IMG/VR virus record: IMGVR_UViG_3300040985_001531 | Location: 1-35,375 of that record | Source of the DNA: a virus | Taxonomy: Duplodnaviria; Caudoviricetes | Direction: 5' to 3' (one strand) | Length of the DNA stretch: 35,375 bases | In this document: positions 17,775-25,980 of the stretch, piece by piece | Layout of the letters: each line of letters opens with the position of its first letter | How positions within the stretch are numbered: the first letter of the stretch is position 1 | Made by a program: the position numbers and the translations under genes | Notes under the pieces: generated by a model | Databases searched by the model: none | What the model was told of the DNA's origin: nothing | What the model saw: only the letters and a program-made list of their open reading frames with translations

Positions 17775-19197
17775 CTGAAGGCTCCTTATTCGTCATAGTA
17801 ACGGCTGCTACTTGGTTGAGGATAACGTCACCGCCATCCAGTGGCTCCATATCATACATAGCTCTAAGCTCGTTGACGGTCATAAACGAAGCGACCTTCT
17901 TAATATCCATCTCTAACTGTTTTTCAGCAGGAGTCACGTCCATGCCTGTGAATACTAACTCAAAGCGGTCATCTAGCTCTCTAATTACGTATTTATTAAG
18001 CCAAGATTCAACAGCCCGTAATAACGGACGCAGACCTTTTTCTTTACTCATTAATACTTTAGAGCTGGGATCTTGTTGGTTTAACGAACTCTTAACTCCT
18101 ACCTCCCCAAAATTAAATCCGACTTCCATCGGATCAATCTGAAAGATCGCACATAGTTGACGAATATTATAGTTGATCCATTTCTCGAACTCCATCTCAG
18201 CATTACTCTGAGACAGGTTAAGTGCCTTTAAATCCTCATTACCGTCAGGATCAAGCTGAATCAAGGGTGTGCGTTTAGCGTTATGTGAGCCGCTAAGCAT
18301 CGCATAAAACTCACGCCTAAACGCTCTAAATAGCTGAGGGTTCATCTTAGTCTTTACCGCCACAATACCCGAGACTGAAATCCCATTAGTAAAGTTACTA
18401 GCATTATAAACTTCAGCGTTAAGTAGATTAGTCATAACACCGATACATTCTTCAAGCTCAGGGAAACCATACCCTCTAAAATGTATATCGGATCTAGGTC
18501 TACGAATACCAAAACATAAATCTCTAGTATTGAATTGAGCCTTTACTTTATTAGCATACACCTGCACATAATGGACACCATCAGGGTCACGCTTACCCGC
18601 CTCCTTCTCAGAGGCCGTCATCTTGGACCGCCTAATCGTGGAGCTATCCACATTCATGAACGCTGCGACTTGACCGTTTCTACTCCTAATGACTTCAAAA
18701 CAGCCTTGATCGAAGATAAGGCTATCCCGCACCAACATACGCAAAAAGCTCTCAAAGCTACTCTCAAAATCAATCCGATTATCACCGCAGGATAATATGA
18801 ACTCGTACATATCCTGTATAGTCTCTAGGTCTGTTTCATTAGGCACTTCGTTACGGTCTTTCAATCGGATCTGGAACCCGATATCGCTCCCGTCCTGTGA
18901 AGGTTTCGCAAACTCAGCTATTTGATTAATTCTAGTTTGTATAATGGCCGCTATGAGTGGAACTCGGGACATGGCTCGTAACTGATCATAATCAAGACCT
19001 CGATGACCTTCAGGCATCTTCTCATCGCCCTGGGCTAACATGTATGCGTTAGCTATATCGGTCGAAGCTACCTGTGTAGCCAGAGGCTCAGCCACCTCCT
19101 TTGAGGGTGGTGGTAGGGCTTTGATTATGTCTTCAGTAACTTCCATTGGAGGCGGGCTGACACCTGCCCAACTGGCTACACGTTGAAAAATGTTCAT
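17749..19197 (-). CDS. Portal protein
   Basis: 482 aa with AIIQTRINQI, LVRDSLIFDQ, RPRSDIHFRGYGFPELE, MEFEKWINY and SKEKGLRPLL, all SPO1/Twort-type portal motifs. Confidence 0.92.
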   Translation of the reverse strand: MNIFQRVASWAGVSPPPMEVTEDIIKALPPPSKEVAEPLATQVASTDIANAYMLAQGDEKMPEGHRGLDYDQLRAMSRVPLIAAIIQTRINQIAEFAKPSQDGSDIGFQIRLKDRNEVPNETDLETIQDMYEFILSCGDNRIDFESSFESFLRMLVRDSLIFDQGCFEVIRSRNGQVAAFMNVDSSTIRRSKMTASEKEAGKRDPDGVHYVQVYANKVKAQFNTRDLCFGIRRPRSDIHFRGYGFPELEECIGVMTNLLNAEVYNASNFTNGISVSGIVAVKTKMNPQLFRAFRREFYAMLSGSHNAKRTPLIQLDPDGNEDLKALNLSQSNAEMEFEKWINYNIRQLCAIFQIDPMEVGFNFGEVGVKSSLNQQDPSSKVLMSKEKGLRPLLRAVESWLNKYVIRELDDRFELVFTGMDVTPAEKQLEMDIKKVASFMTVNELRAMYDMEPLDGGDVILNQVAAVTMTNKEPSDVQSIENI

Positions 19198-19225
19198 TGG
19201 ATTACCTCGGGATATAAAATAGGTG

Positions 19226-19241
19226 ATTATATATTAACACA
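19226..19241 (-). promoter_or_regulatory. Putative extended -10 promoter upstream of the portal
   Basis: TGTGTTAATATATAAT contains both TG-n-TAATAT and a perfect TATAAT within a 55-bp gap. Confidence 0.4.
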
Positions 19242-19252
19242 ATCTTGGTTGT

Positions 19253-19795
19253 TTAGGTAGGTGGTGAGAAAGGACTCAGAGGTATAGTTATGCCAGCTGG
19301 AGCCTTGATAACTAGCCTTTTTTCAAGAGCTTGCGACAGGTCACTCATATCCTGTTTAACGGGTATAACCTTGACCCCACTGTCTCTCAATATGTCTACA
19401 CCATCCAGCTTACCGAACGTGCCTGATATACATATCACACGCATAGCACCAACCTGCACGATAGCTTTAGCACACAGTCTACACGGCTCTCCGTTTATGA
19501 TGAACCACGCACCCACTAAAGACGTACCTAAGCGAGCGGCGTTGTATATTGCGTTTTGCTCAGCATGCACACACCCGATGTCATAATTAGTGCCAGGCTC
19601 TAGTCCCTCACGTTTACATACTCCGTTACCACATATGCTGGACGCTCCACGCAGATTACCATTATACCCCTCACTAAGTATAACATTAGCCTCTGGATCG
19701 ACCACCACGCATCCGAACTTACGACGGACACATGGCGACAAAGAAGCTAAGGATAGGCAGGTGCGGATTCTGTGTTCTAGGTGCTTTTTACGCAT
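19253..19795 (-). CDS. dCMP deaminase (ComEB/dCMP deaminase family)
   Basis: SPCVRRKFGCVVV, GYNG, HAEQNAI and the PCRLC Zn-binding motif. Confidence 0.93.
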   Translation of the reverse strand: MRKKHLEHRIRTCLSLASLSPCVRRKFGCVVVDPEANVILSEGYNGNLRGASSICGNGVCKREGLEPGTNYDIGCVHAEQNAIYNAARLGTSLVGAWFIINGEPCRLCAKAIVQVGAMRVICISGTFGKLDGVDILRDSGVKVIPVKQDMSDLSQALEKRLVIKAPAGITIPLSPFSPPT

Positions 19796-20505
19796 AATAC
19801 GCCTAACTCATCCAGTATATCTACTGTCTGCGGGAATACCTCACGCATAATGTCTAATACGCCTCTAGCCAGCTCTTGTACTTCAGGCTGAGCGTGTGGA
19901 TGTAGACGTAATTGTAAAAACTTAATCCAGTTAAGCAGATTACCTGTCATATAGAAGGTGGTATACATGTTCTGTGGTAGAACGGCACGAGCCTGCTCAC
20001 GACATACGCCACAATCTAAAAGCATCTGATACACCCGATAACTTGAATCGACATGAAGACGCATGGACTGCACCAACTTATCGTTAGTATCGACTACCTC
20101 ATTGGTACTACATTGAAGATTAGTATCGGCCTGTTTTCGTAATTCCGCTGGTATATGGAACTCAATACAGGCGTCAGTATACCGACGGCTAACCTCATTA
20201 TAACTGAAGGTGCGGTGCCTCATAATCTGGCTACGTATAAACAAAGGCACCTTGATTCGGAAACTCAGACAGCTGTGTTCAAAAGGTGATGTGTGCTTCT
20301 CACGTAATAGAAACTTAGCGAGCGACCTGTCCTTCTTATCCAGGCACCCATTAGATGTGAGCGTATCCTCATCTTTTAGGAATGATACACGGGCAGCCTG
20401 TACCGCCCTGGCATCGTCACCCATATAATCTATCAGTTGTATACTGCCTATATTGTCACCATATAGCTCGACTGTTTCGTTCAACATATATTTTTTACCT
20501 ATCAT
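19777..20505 (-). CDS. thyX: Flavin-dependent thymidylate synthase
   Basis: AARVSF, HTSPFEH, RHRTFSYNEVSRRY (RHRx7S signature), REQARAVLP and HAQPEVQELA. Confidence 0.96.
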   Translation of the reverse strand: MIGKKYMLNETVELYGDNIGSIQLIDYMGDDARAVQAARVSFLKDEDTLTSNGCLDKKDRSLAKFLLREKHTSPFEHSCLSFRIKVPLFIRSQIMRHRTFSYNEVSRRYTDACIEFHIPAELRKQADTNLQCSTNEVVDTNDKLVQSMRLHVDSSYRVYQMLLDCGVCREQARAVLPQNMYTTFYMTGNLLNWIKFLQLRLHPHAQPEVQELARGVLDIMREVFPQTVDILDELGVLCVKST

Positions 20506-20773
20506 CCTGTCTCTGCTGCTGTTGCTGCTGCTGTTGCTGGACCCATGTAGATATACTGTCTACTTTTTGCTCTAAACGGGCTACCGCAAGGCGAGTCTCA
20601 GTAAGTGTATTAGTTAATTGTTCTAGTATCTCGTTACCCTTTTCAAGGCTCGCTACTCGCTCTTCTAAAGAGCCAATAGCTTTACCGCTATCGTATCTAT
20701 CCTTAACATAAGCGTATAAGAAACCCAGCACCGCAATGGCACTGGCCAAACTGGTTATCGAGATAGACTCCAT
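20495..20773 (-). CDS. Small membrane protein, holin/XhlA-like candidate with a poly-Q tail; start probably ATG 20773
   Basis: One N-terminal TM helix (SLASAIAVLGFLYAYV) followed by a coiled coil, with AGGAGG upstream. Confidence 0.45.
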   Translation of the reverse strand: MESISITSLASAIAVLGFLYAYVKDRYDSGKAIGSLEERVASLEKGNEILEQLTNTLTETRLAVARLEQKVDSISTWVQQQQQQQQQRQDDR

Positions 20774-21171
20774 AAAGCACACCCTCCTAATGATATAACT
20801 GAGCCTATAGTCGCCCCAGTGATTGTATGTTTGAAAAAATGATCGTTACAAGCGGGACACTCAGGCACTGCGGTACATACCAAGAGTTGACTCGTAAGGC
20901 TGTCTACACGAGCCTCTAAGGCCTTAATCTCTACATCTTTAGCCTGGACACGCCCTCGCAATACAGCCAGCTCTACTTCGAGATTACGATAACGATCTAC
21001 ACCCAACCAAACACCAGGTTTATGGGCTATACAGCCTTTAGGTATTCTGATGCGATCATCATCAAAAGTCAAAGGACAAGGCACCGTCTTCTCTGTGCCG
21101 TCTGTATTTACCCACACACCCACAGAGGCTGAGAAGATAATAGGTATTGATAGGAGTATGGTTTTAATCAT
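20755..21171 (-). CDS. Secreted or membrane coiled-coil protein, spanin-like candidate; start probably ATG 21171
   Basis: Signal-like N-terminus, heptad coiled coil, Cys cluster and a hydrophobic Gly-rich C-terminal helix. ATGA overlap with the upstream stop. Confidence 0.4.
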   Translation of the reverse strand: MIKTILLSIPIIFSASVGVWVNTDGTEKTVPCPLTFDDDRIRIPKGCIAHKPGVWLGVDRYRNLEVELAVLRGRVQAKDVEIKALEARVDSLTSQLLVCTAVPECPACNDHFFKHTITGATIGSVISLGGCALWSLSR

Positions 21172-21488
21172 TTCCACTCTCCATCTAAAAAGTCGTTTAC
21201 GTCTTTAGTAGTTTTCGCCTCTGTTTCAGTCGCCGCCTCTTCTTGAGATTGACGGATACTATCAAGCTCGGCCTGTGCATAGACTTGTTGCTCTACAACG
21301 TCTTTAATACGCTCTTTCCGCTGCTGCTGCTGCTTCTTAGTCGTATGCACTTGACTACCAAAGAAAATAGCGACAAGGCCCACTAGGGCCTCGACGGAGA
21401 GGTAAGCCACAACCAGACAAAGGACTCCGACAGCAGCCCATTTAATCTGGTTTTTATGACTTTTTAGAAAGGTGATAATCTTATCCAT
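21168..21488 (-). CDS. Membrane-anchored coiled-coil protein, i-spanin/holin-like candidate
   Basis: A ~28-aa hydrophobic segment followed by a charged helix, with an AGAGGA RBS. Confidence 0.4.
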   Translation of the reverse strand: MDKIITFLKSHKNQIKWAAVGVLCLVVAYLSVEALVGLVAIFFGSQVHTTKKQQQQRKERIKDVVEQQVYAQAELDSIRQSQEEAATETEAKTTKDVNDFLDGEWK

Positions 21489-21523
21489 TGTAGCATCCTC
21501 TTTTACGAGTAGGTTTGTAGATT

Positions 21524-21553
21524 AAGATACCACCTCTTGTTACGAATGGTCAA
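21524..21553 (-). promoter_or_regulatory. Sigma70-like promoter for the membrane-protein/thyX/dCMP deaminase operon
   Basis: TTGACC-N18-TATCTT with a TG extension (TGGTATCTT). Confidence 0.55.
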
Positions 21554-21571
21554 TCATAGGAGTCATACATT

Positions 21572-21590
21572 ACACCTGACGAACAGGTGT
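21572..21590 (-). terminator. Stem-loop after the fibre gene; possible weak terminator or stabiliser
   Basis: ACACCTG-TTCGT-CAGGTGT forms a 7-bp stem 10 nt after the stop, with no U-tract. Confidence 0.35.
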
Positions 21591-21600
21591 TAAGAGCTTT

Positions 21601-24600
21601 TTACAGCTTATACATGGTGACTGCTTCACTAGCTCCTGTAGCGTTGGTAACACGTACAAGGTACGAATGAGACTTATCAGTCAGGGAGCTTGAGCCTCCG
21701 ACGATAGTGACGCCTGATCCAGCAGTGAAGTTGTATCCAGAAGTTGAATTTGAAACGATGAAGCGTATAACGAAGGTCATATCAGCAAGTCTAGCAGAGC
21801 TAGGCATCGCAGCTACGATCTCAGCCGCCGTTGCAGTCGCATCAGTCTCATCATTAGAAGCATCACGAAGGACTACACCACCGACCATTGAAGAGGCTGA
21901 TATTGTAGTATTGGTTCCAGATACAGAAGCAAAGCTTAACTTCTCGAACATAGCCTTAGCGGAGTTATTGATAACAGAGCCGCTTGCAAGCAGACTACCG
22001 TTAGCGGCGATATTTTTCGCACGCATATCTGCGAGAGCATATCCAACAGCAGAGGTATCAACAGTAGTTGTAGGCTTAGTAGCGGTCTTGAAGGCGATGA
22101 ACTCAGATGCTGACTGGTCATAGGCTTGGCCTACATACTCTCCATCACTGTGTTTAGAGTGCCACCCATGATCGACTACCGCAGTATTGTTATACCCAAC
22201 TTCAATCACGGTATCTTGGAACTTCATGGTCGCAGAGTTAGCGATGAGGTTACCATTGATAGTCGTGGTTCCTGTGATACCCACAGCACCTGAAATAGTT
22301 GCTCCACCACCAAGGATACTTAGCTCACCATTAGTGATTTCAAGATCACCGTTAGTGACTGTTAAATCATTGGTAGCAATGAGGTTATTGCCCACTGTTA
22401 CGTTATTAGGTAATCCAATTGTAAGTTGGTTTGATCCTGCGGTAGCAGTCTCAATCTCATTAGCTGTACCTGAGATAGTGATTGTCTCACCGAGGCTAAC
22501 AGGATCGTTAGAGCCTGTGTCGGCGGAGAGAGTCACTGTGCTGTTAGCCAACATAGAGTTTTCAACAGAGGTAGACGCTATTGTCGCTGTTAAGGTTGCG
22601 TTAGCAGACCCATCAATAGCCACTGAACCACCTAGATCACCACCGAGAGTGATTGTACGTGATGCGGCCCATGCTGTTGCAGTCGCTGCATTACCAGTAG
22701 TATCACTATCAATAGTGCCTTCAAGTGCGACACTGAGCTGATTAGTGGTGGTATTATAAGCGATGTCGATATCTTGACCACTGATGAAGTTAAGCGTATC
22801 ACCAAGATTAATATCTTCTTGGGCCACACTATCTACCTGAAGGCTAATTCCATCGTTAGCAAGCATAGCGTTATCGACAACGCCAGTGGCGATGGTCGCA
22901 TTAAGCTCCTCACTGGACCCACCATTCATGGTTACACTACCAGTGAGATCTCCAGCTAAAGTAATCGTTCTGTAACCAGACCAAGTAGTAGCTGTATCAG
23001 CGTTACCTGTTAAATCTGCGGTAATGGTAGAAGGAAGGCCAAAGGTTAATGTGTTCGTGCCTGAAGTATAAGCGACCTCTACTTCATTGGAAGTTCCAGC
23101 GAAGTTAAGATCATCACCAAGATTGATGTCTTCTTGAGTGACTCCACCTAATTTTAGACTAATTCCGTCATTAGCTAGCATCGCATTGTCAACTGCACCT
23201 GAAGCGAGTGTCAAAGCGATGTCAGCATTACCCGTACCATCAAAAGCAGCAGAGCCTGTGCCGTCACCACTAATTGAAAGCGTTCTACTTGTTTCGAGTG
23301 CCGTAGCTGTACTTGAGTTACCCGTCAATGAGGCTGTAATAGCTGAAGGAAGACCAAACGCTAAGGTATTGGTACCTGCTGTGTAGGTTACATCTACTTC
23401 ATTCGAGGTGCCTGCGAAGTTAAGGTCATCCCCAAGATTAATATCTTCTTGAGCAACCCCACCTAATTTAAGGCCAATTCCATCATTTGCGAGCATAGCG
23501 TTGTCTACCGCTCCAGCCGCAATGGTGAGGGCGATAGCTGCGTTGGCAGACCCATCAAAGTTAGCTGAACCTGTAGCATCACCAGTGATACTTAAAGTTC
23601 TACTTGTTTCGAGTGCTGTAGCTGTAGAGGCGTTGCCCGTTAAAGCTCCTGTAAACCCTGTTGAGCTTACCGATGTTAAACCACTGACTGTAGAGGGTAG
23701 ACCGACAGTAAACTTATTAGTAGAAGCACTGTATGCGACCTCAGCCTCATTAGCAGTACCTTCAATCTTAAGTGTGTCGCCCACTGCTAGAGTCTCTGAG
23801 TTAGTCCCATCGCTAAAGGTGAGGAGGTTACCACTAGCGAGAGTAGATGAGATAGAGAGGTTGCCCGTTCCATCAAAACTACCTGAGCCTGTGACCGCAC
23901 CCGTGAGGGCAATAGTACGAGCTGTCTCAAGAGCAGTAGCTGTAGAGGCGTTACCCGTAAGAGCGGCTGTAATGGCTGAAGGAAGGCCCATCGTGAAGGT
24001 ATTAGTACCTGTGGTATAGGCGACCTCGACCTCATTACTAGTACCTGCAAAAGTAACAGTAGATCCTAAGTCTAATGCTTCAGATGCTCCCTGGCCGTCT
24101 GCGAAGGTAAGGGAGGTGCCGCCAGCTAATGTAGATGCGATAGCGAGGTTACCCGTTCCATCAAAACTACCTGAGCCTGTTACATCACCGCTAAGTGAGA
24201 TAGTACGAGCCGTCTCAAGAGCAGTAGCTGTAGAGGCGTTACCTGTTAAAGAGGCTGTAATGGCCGAGGGTAGTCCAAAAGTCAGCGTATTAGATAGTGC
24301 TGTATAGGTGATATCTACTTCATTTGAAGTACCTGCAAAGTTAAGATCATCGCCTAGATTAATATCTTCCTGGGCCACACCTGCGAGCTGCAGACTAATT
24401 CCGTCATTAGCGAGCATCGCATTGTCGACAGCACCCGCAGCAATAGTAAGAGCGATGTCAGTGTTACCTGTACCATCAAAGCTACCTGAACCTGTGGCGT
24501 CACCACTGACAGACAATGTGCGAGCTGTCTCAAGAGCAGTAGCTGTAGAAGCATTACCTGTTAAAGCACCCGTGAATCCTGTTGAGCTTATTGAGGTTAA

Positions 24601-25980
24601 ACCACTGACCGTAGAGGGTAGACTAACAGTAGTGACACCCGATGAGTGAGCCACAGTAATCTCATTTGTTGTACCTTCAATAGTTAAAGATCCACCTAGA
24701 GCAATCGAGGAGGTATTAGATCCGTCGCTAACTGTGACGCTATTATTAGCGAGCATCGCATTATCGACTGCACCTGAAGCGAGAGTCAGAGCAATGTCTG
24801 CATTACCTGTTCCATCAAAAGAAGCAGAACCTGTACCATCTCCACTGATCGAGAGCGTTCTTGCTGTCTCAAGAGCGGTAGCTGTAGAAGCATTACCTGT
24901 TAAAGAGGCTGTGATAGCTGAAGGAAGACCAAACGCTAAGGTATTAGTCAACGCTGTGTAGGTTACATCTACTTCATTTGAAGTTCCAGCGAAGTTAAGA
25001 TCATCCCCAAGATTAATATCTTCTTGAGTCACACCTCCGAGCTTCAAACTGATGCCGTCATTAGCGAGCATAGCGTTTTCAACTGATGCGGAGGCAATAG
25101 TAGCAGCAATAGATGCGTTAGCTGAGCCGTCAAAAGAGGCTGAGCCAGTAACATCACCAGTTAATGCGATGGTTCGAGCTGTAGCTAGCTTAGTCGCTGT
25201 GCTTGAGTTAGCGGCTACCGTACCTGAGATAGTCCCTGATACTACAAGATCACCTGCAATATTAACATCGTCAGGCAATCCTACTGTAAACTTATTAGCT
25301 GCAGTTGAGTAGGCTACTTCGACTTCACCAGAGGTGCCGCCAAATTCAAGAGTGGCCCCCAGAGCAATAGCTTCAGAGTTAGACCCATCAGTAAATGTGA
25401 TGTCTGAGTTAGCCATCATCGCATTATCGACTGCACCTGAGGCAATAGTCGTCGTGATAGACACATTTGACGAACCGTCAAAGCTCACTGAACCACTGAC
25501 ATCGCCAGCTAGTGCGATGTTACGGGCGGAAGTAAGAGCAGCTGCGGTGGTCGCCGTGTCGGCGTTACCTGTAACGGCTCCTTCAAGGTTAGCTACGACA
25601 GTTGCGGTCGTACCTCCTGAAACGGTGGTAGTCGGTGCGGCGGTCGCATTTTCAAAGAACTTGAACTTACCGTCATCAGCATCTCGATAAAGACCTACAT
25701 ATTCGGTAGTGGCTCCGTCAACCATCTTACCATAAAAGCCGATGTCAACGCTGTCTGCGGTGTTTTCTTTAGCGAGCTGAATCAATGGATCTTCAACGCT
25801 AACAGTGGTTACGTCAAGGATGGTTTGTGTTCCACTGACGGTGAGATTACCACCGATCTCAACATCGCCTGATGTTGTAAGGGTGGCGGATTGAACATCC
25901 ACACTATGTAGGGTCGCCCACTGATATGTAGACGTTCCTAATGTGTGGGTGTTATTACTTTCAGGTCTGACTGAGGCCAT
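21601..25980 (-). CDS. Giant repeat-rich virion fibre protein (~1459 aa); start revised from 26031 to ATG 25980
   Basis: AGGAG RBS and TAATG coupling at 25980. Ten copies of a GNAxTATxLxTARTxxLxGDxTGSxSFDG fibre repeat. Confidence 0.75.
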   Translation of the reverse strand: MASVRPESNNTHTLGTSTYQWATLHSVDVQSATLTTSGDVEIGGNLTVSGTQTILDVTTVSVEDPLIQLAKENTADSVDIGFYGKMVDGATTEYVGLYRDADDGKFKFFENATAAPTTTVSGGTTATVVANLEGAVTGNADTATTAAALTSARNIALAGDVSGSVSFDGSSNVSITTTIASGAVDNAMMANSDITFTDGSNSEAIALGATLEFGGTSGEVEVAYSTAANKFTVGLPDDVNIAGDLVVSGTISGTVAANSSTATKLATARTIALTGDVTGSASFDGSANASIAATIASASVENAMLANDGISLKLGGVTQEDINLGDDLNFAGTSNEVDVTYTALTNTLAFGLPSAITASLTGNASTATALETARTLSISGDGTGSASFDGTGNADIALTLASGAVDNAMLANNSVTVSDGSNTSSIALGGSLTIEGTTNEITVAHSSGVTTVSLPSTVSGLTSISSTGFTGALTGNASTATALETARTLSVSGDATGSGSFDGTGNTDIALTIAAGAVDNAMLANDGISLQLAGVAQEDINLGDDLNFAGTSNEVDITYTALSNTLTFGLPSAITASLTGNASTATALETARTISLSGDVTGSGSFDGTGNLAIASTLAGGTSLTFADGQGASEALDLGSTVTFAGTSNEVEVAYTTGTNTFTMGLPSAITAALTGNASTATALETARTIALTGAVTGSGSFDGTGNLSISSTLASGNLLTFSDGTNSETLAVGDTLKIEGTANEAEVAYSASTNKFTVGLPSTVSGLTSVSSTGFTGALTGNASTATALETSRTLSITGDATGSANFDGSANAAIALTIAAGAVDNAMLANDGIGLKLGGVAQEDINLGDDLNFAGTSNEVDVTYTAGTNTLAFGLPSAITASLTGNSSTATALETSRTLSISGDGTGSAAFDGTGNADIALTLASGAVDNAMLANDGISLKLGGVTQEDINLGDDLNFAGTSNEVEVAYTSGTNTLTFGLPSTITADLTGNADTATTWSGYRTITLAGDLTGSVTMNGGSSEELNATIATGVVDNAMLANDGISLQVDSVAQEDINLGDTLNFISGQDIDIAYNTTTNQLSVALEGTIDSDTTGNAATATAWAASRTITLGGDLGGSVAIDGSANATLTATIASTSVENSMLANSTVTLSADTGSNDPVSLGETITISGTANEIETATAGSNQLTIGLPNNVTVGNNLIATNDLTVTNGDLEITNGELSILGGGATISGAVGITGTTTINGNLIANSATMKFQDTVIEVGYNNTAVVDHGWHSKHSDGEYVGQAYDQSASEFIAFKTATKPTTTVDTSAVGYALADMRAKNIAANGSLLASGSVINNSAKAMFEKLSFASVSGTNTTISASSMVGGVVLRDASNDETDATATAAEIVAAMPSSARLADMTFVIRFIVSNSTSGYNFTAGSGVTIVGGSSSLTDKSHSYLVRVTNATGASEAVTMYKL

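Noticed and set aside
2160-20711. Short plus-strand and alternative-frame ORFs overlapping structural genes (e.g. 3093-3452, 12407-12823, 14498-14902, 20382-20711)
   Set aside because: They overlap well-supported minus-strand genes. The poly-Cys ORF is just the antisense of the poly-Gln CAG tract.
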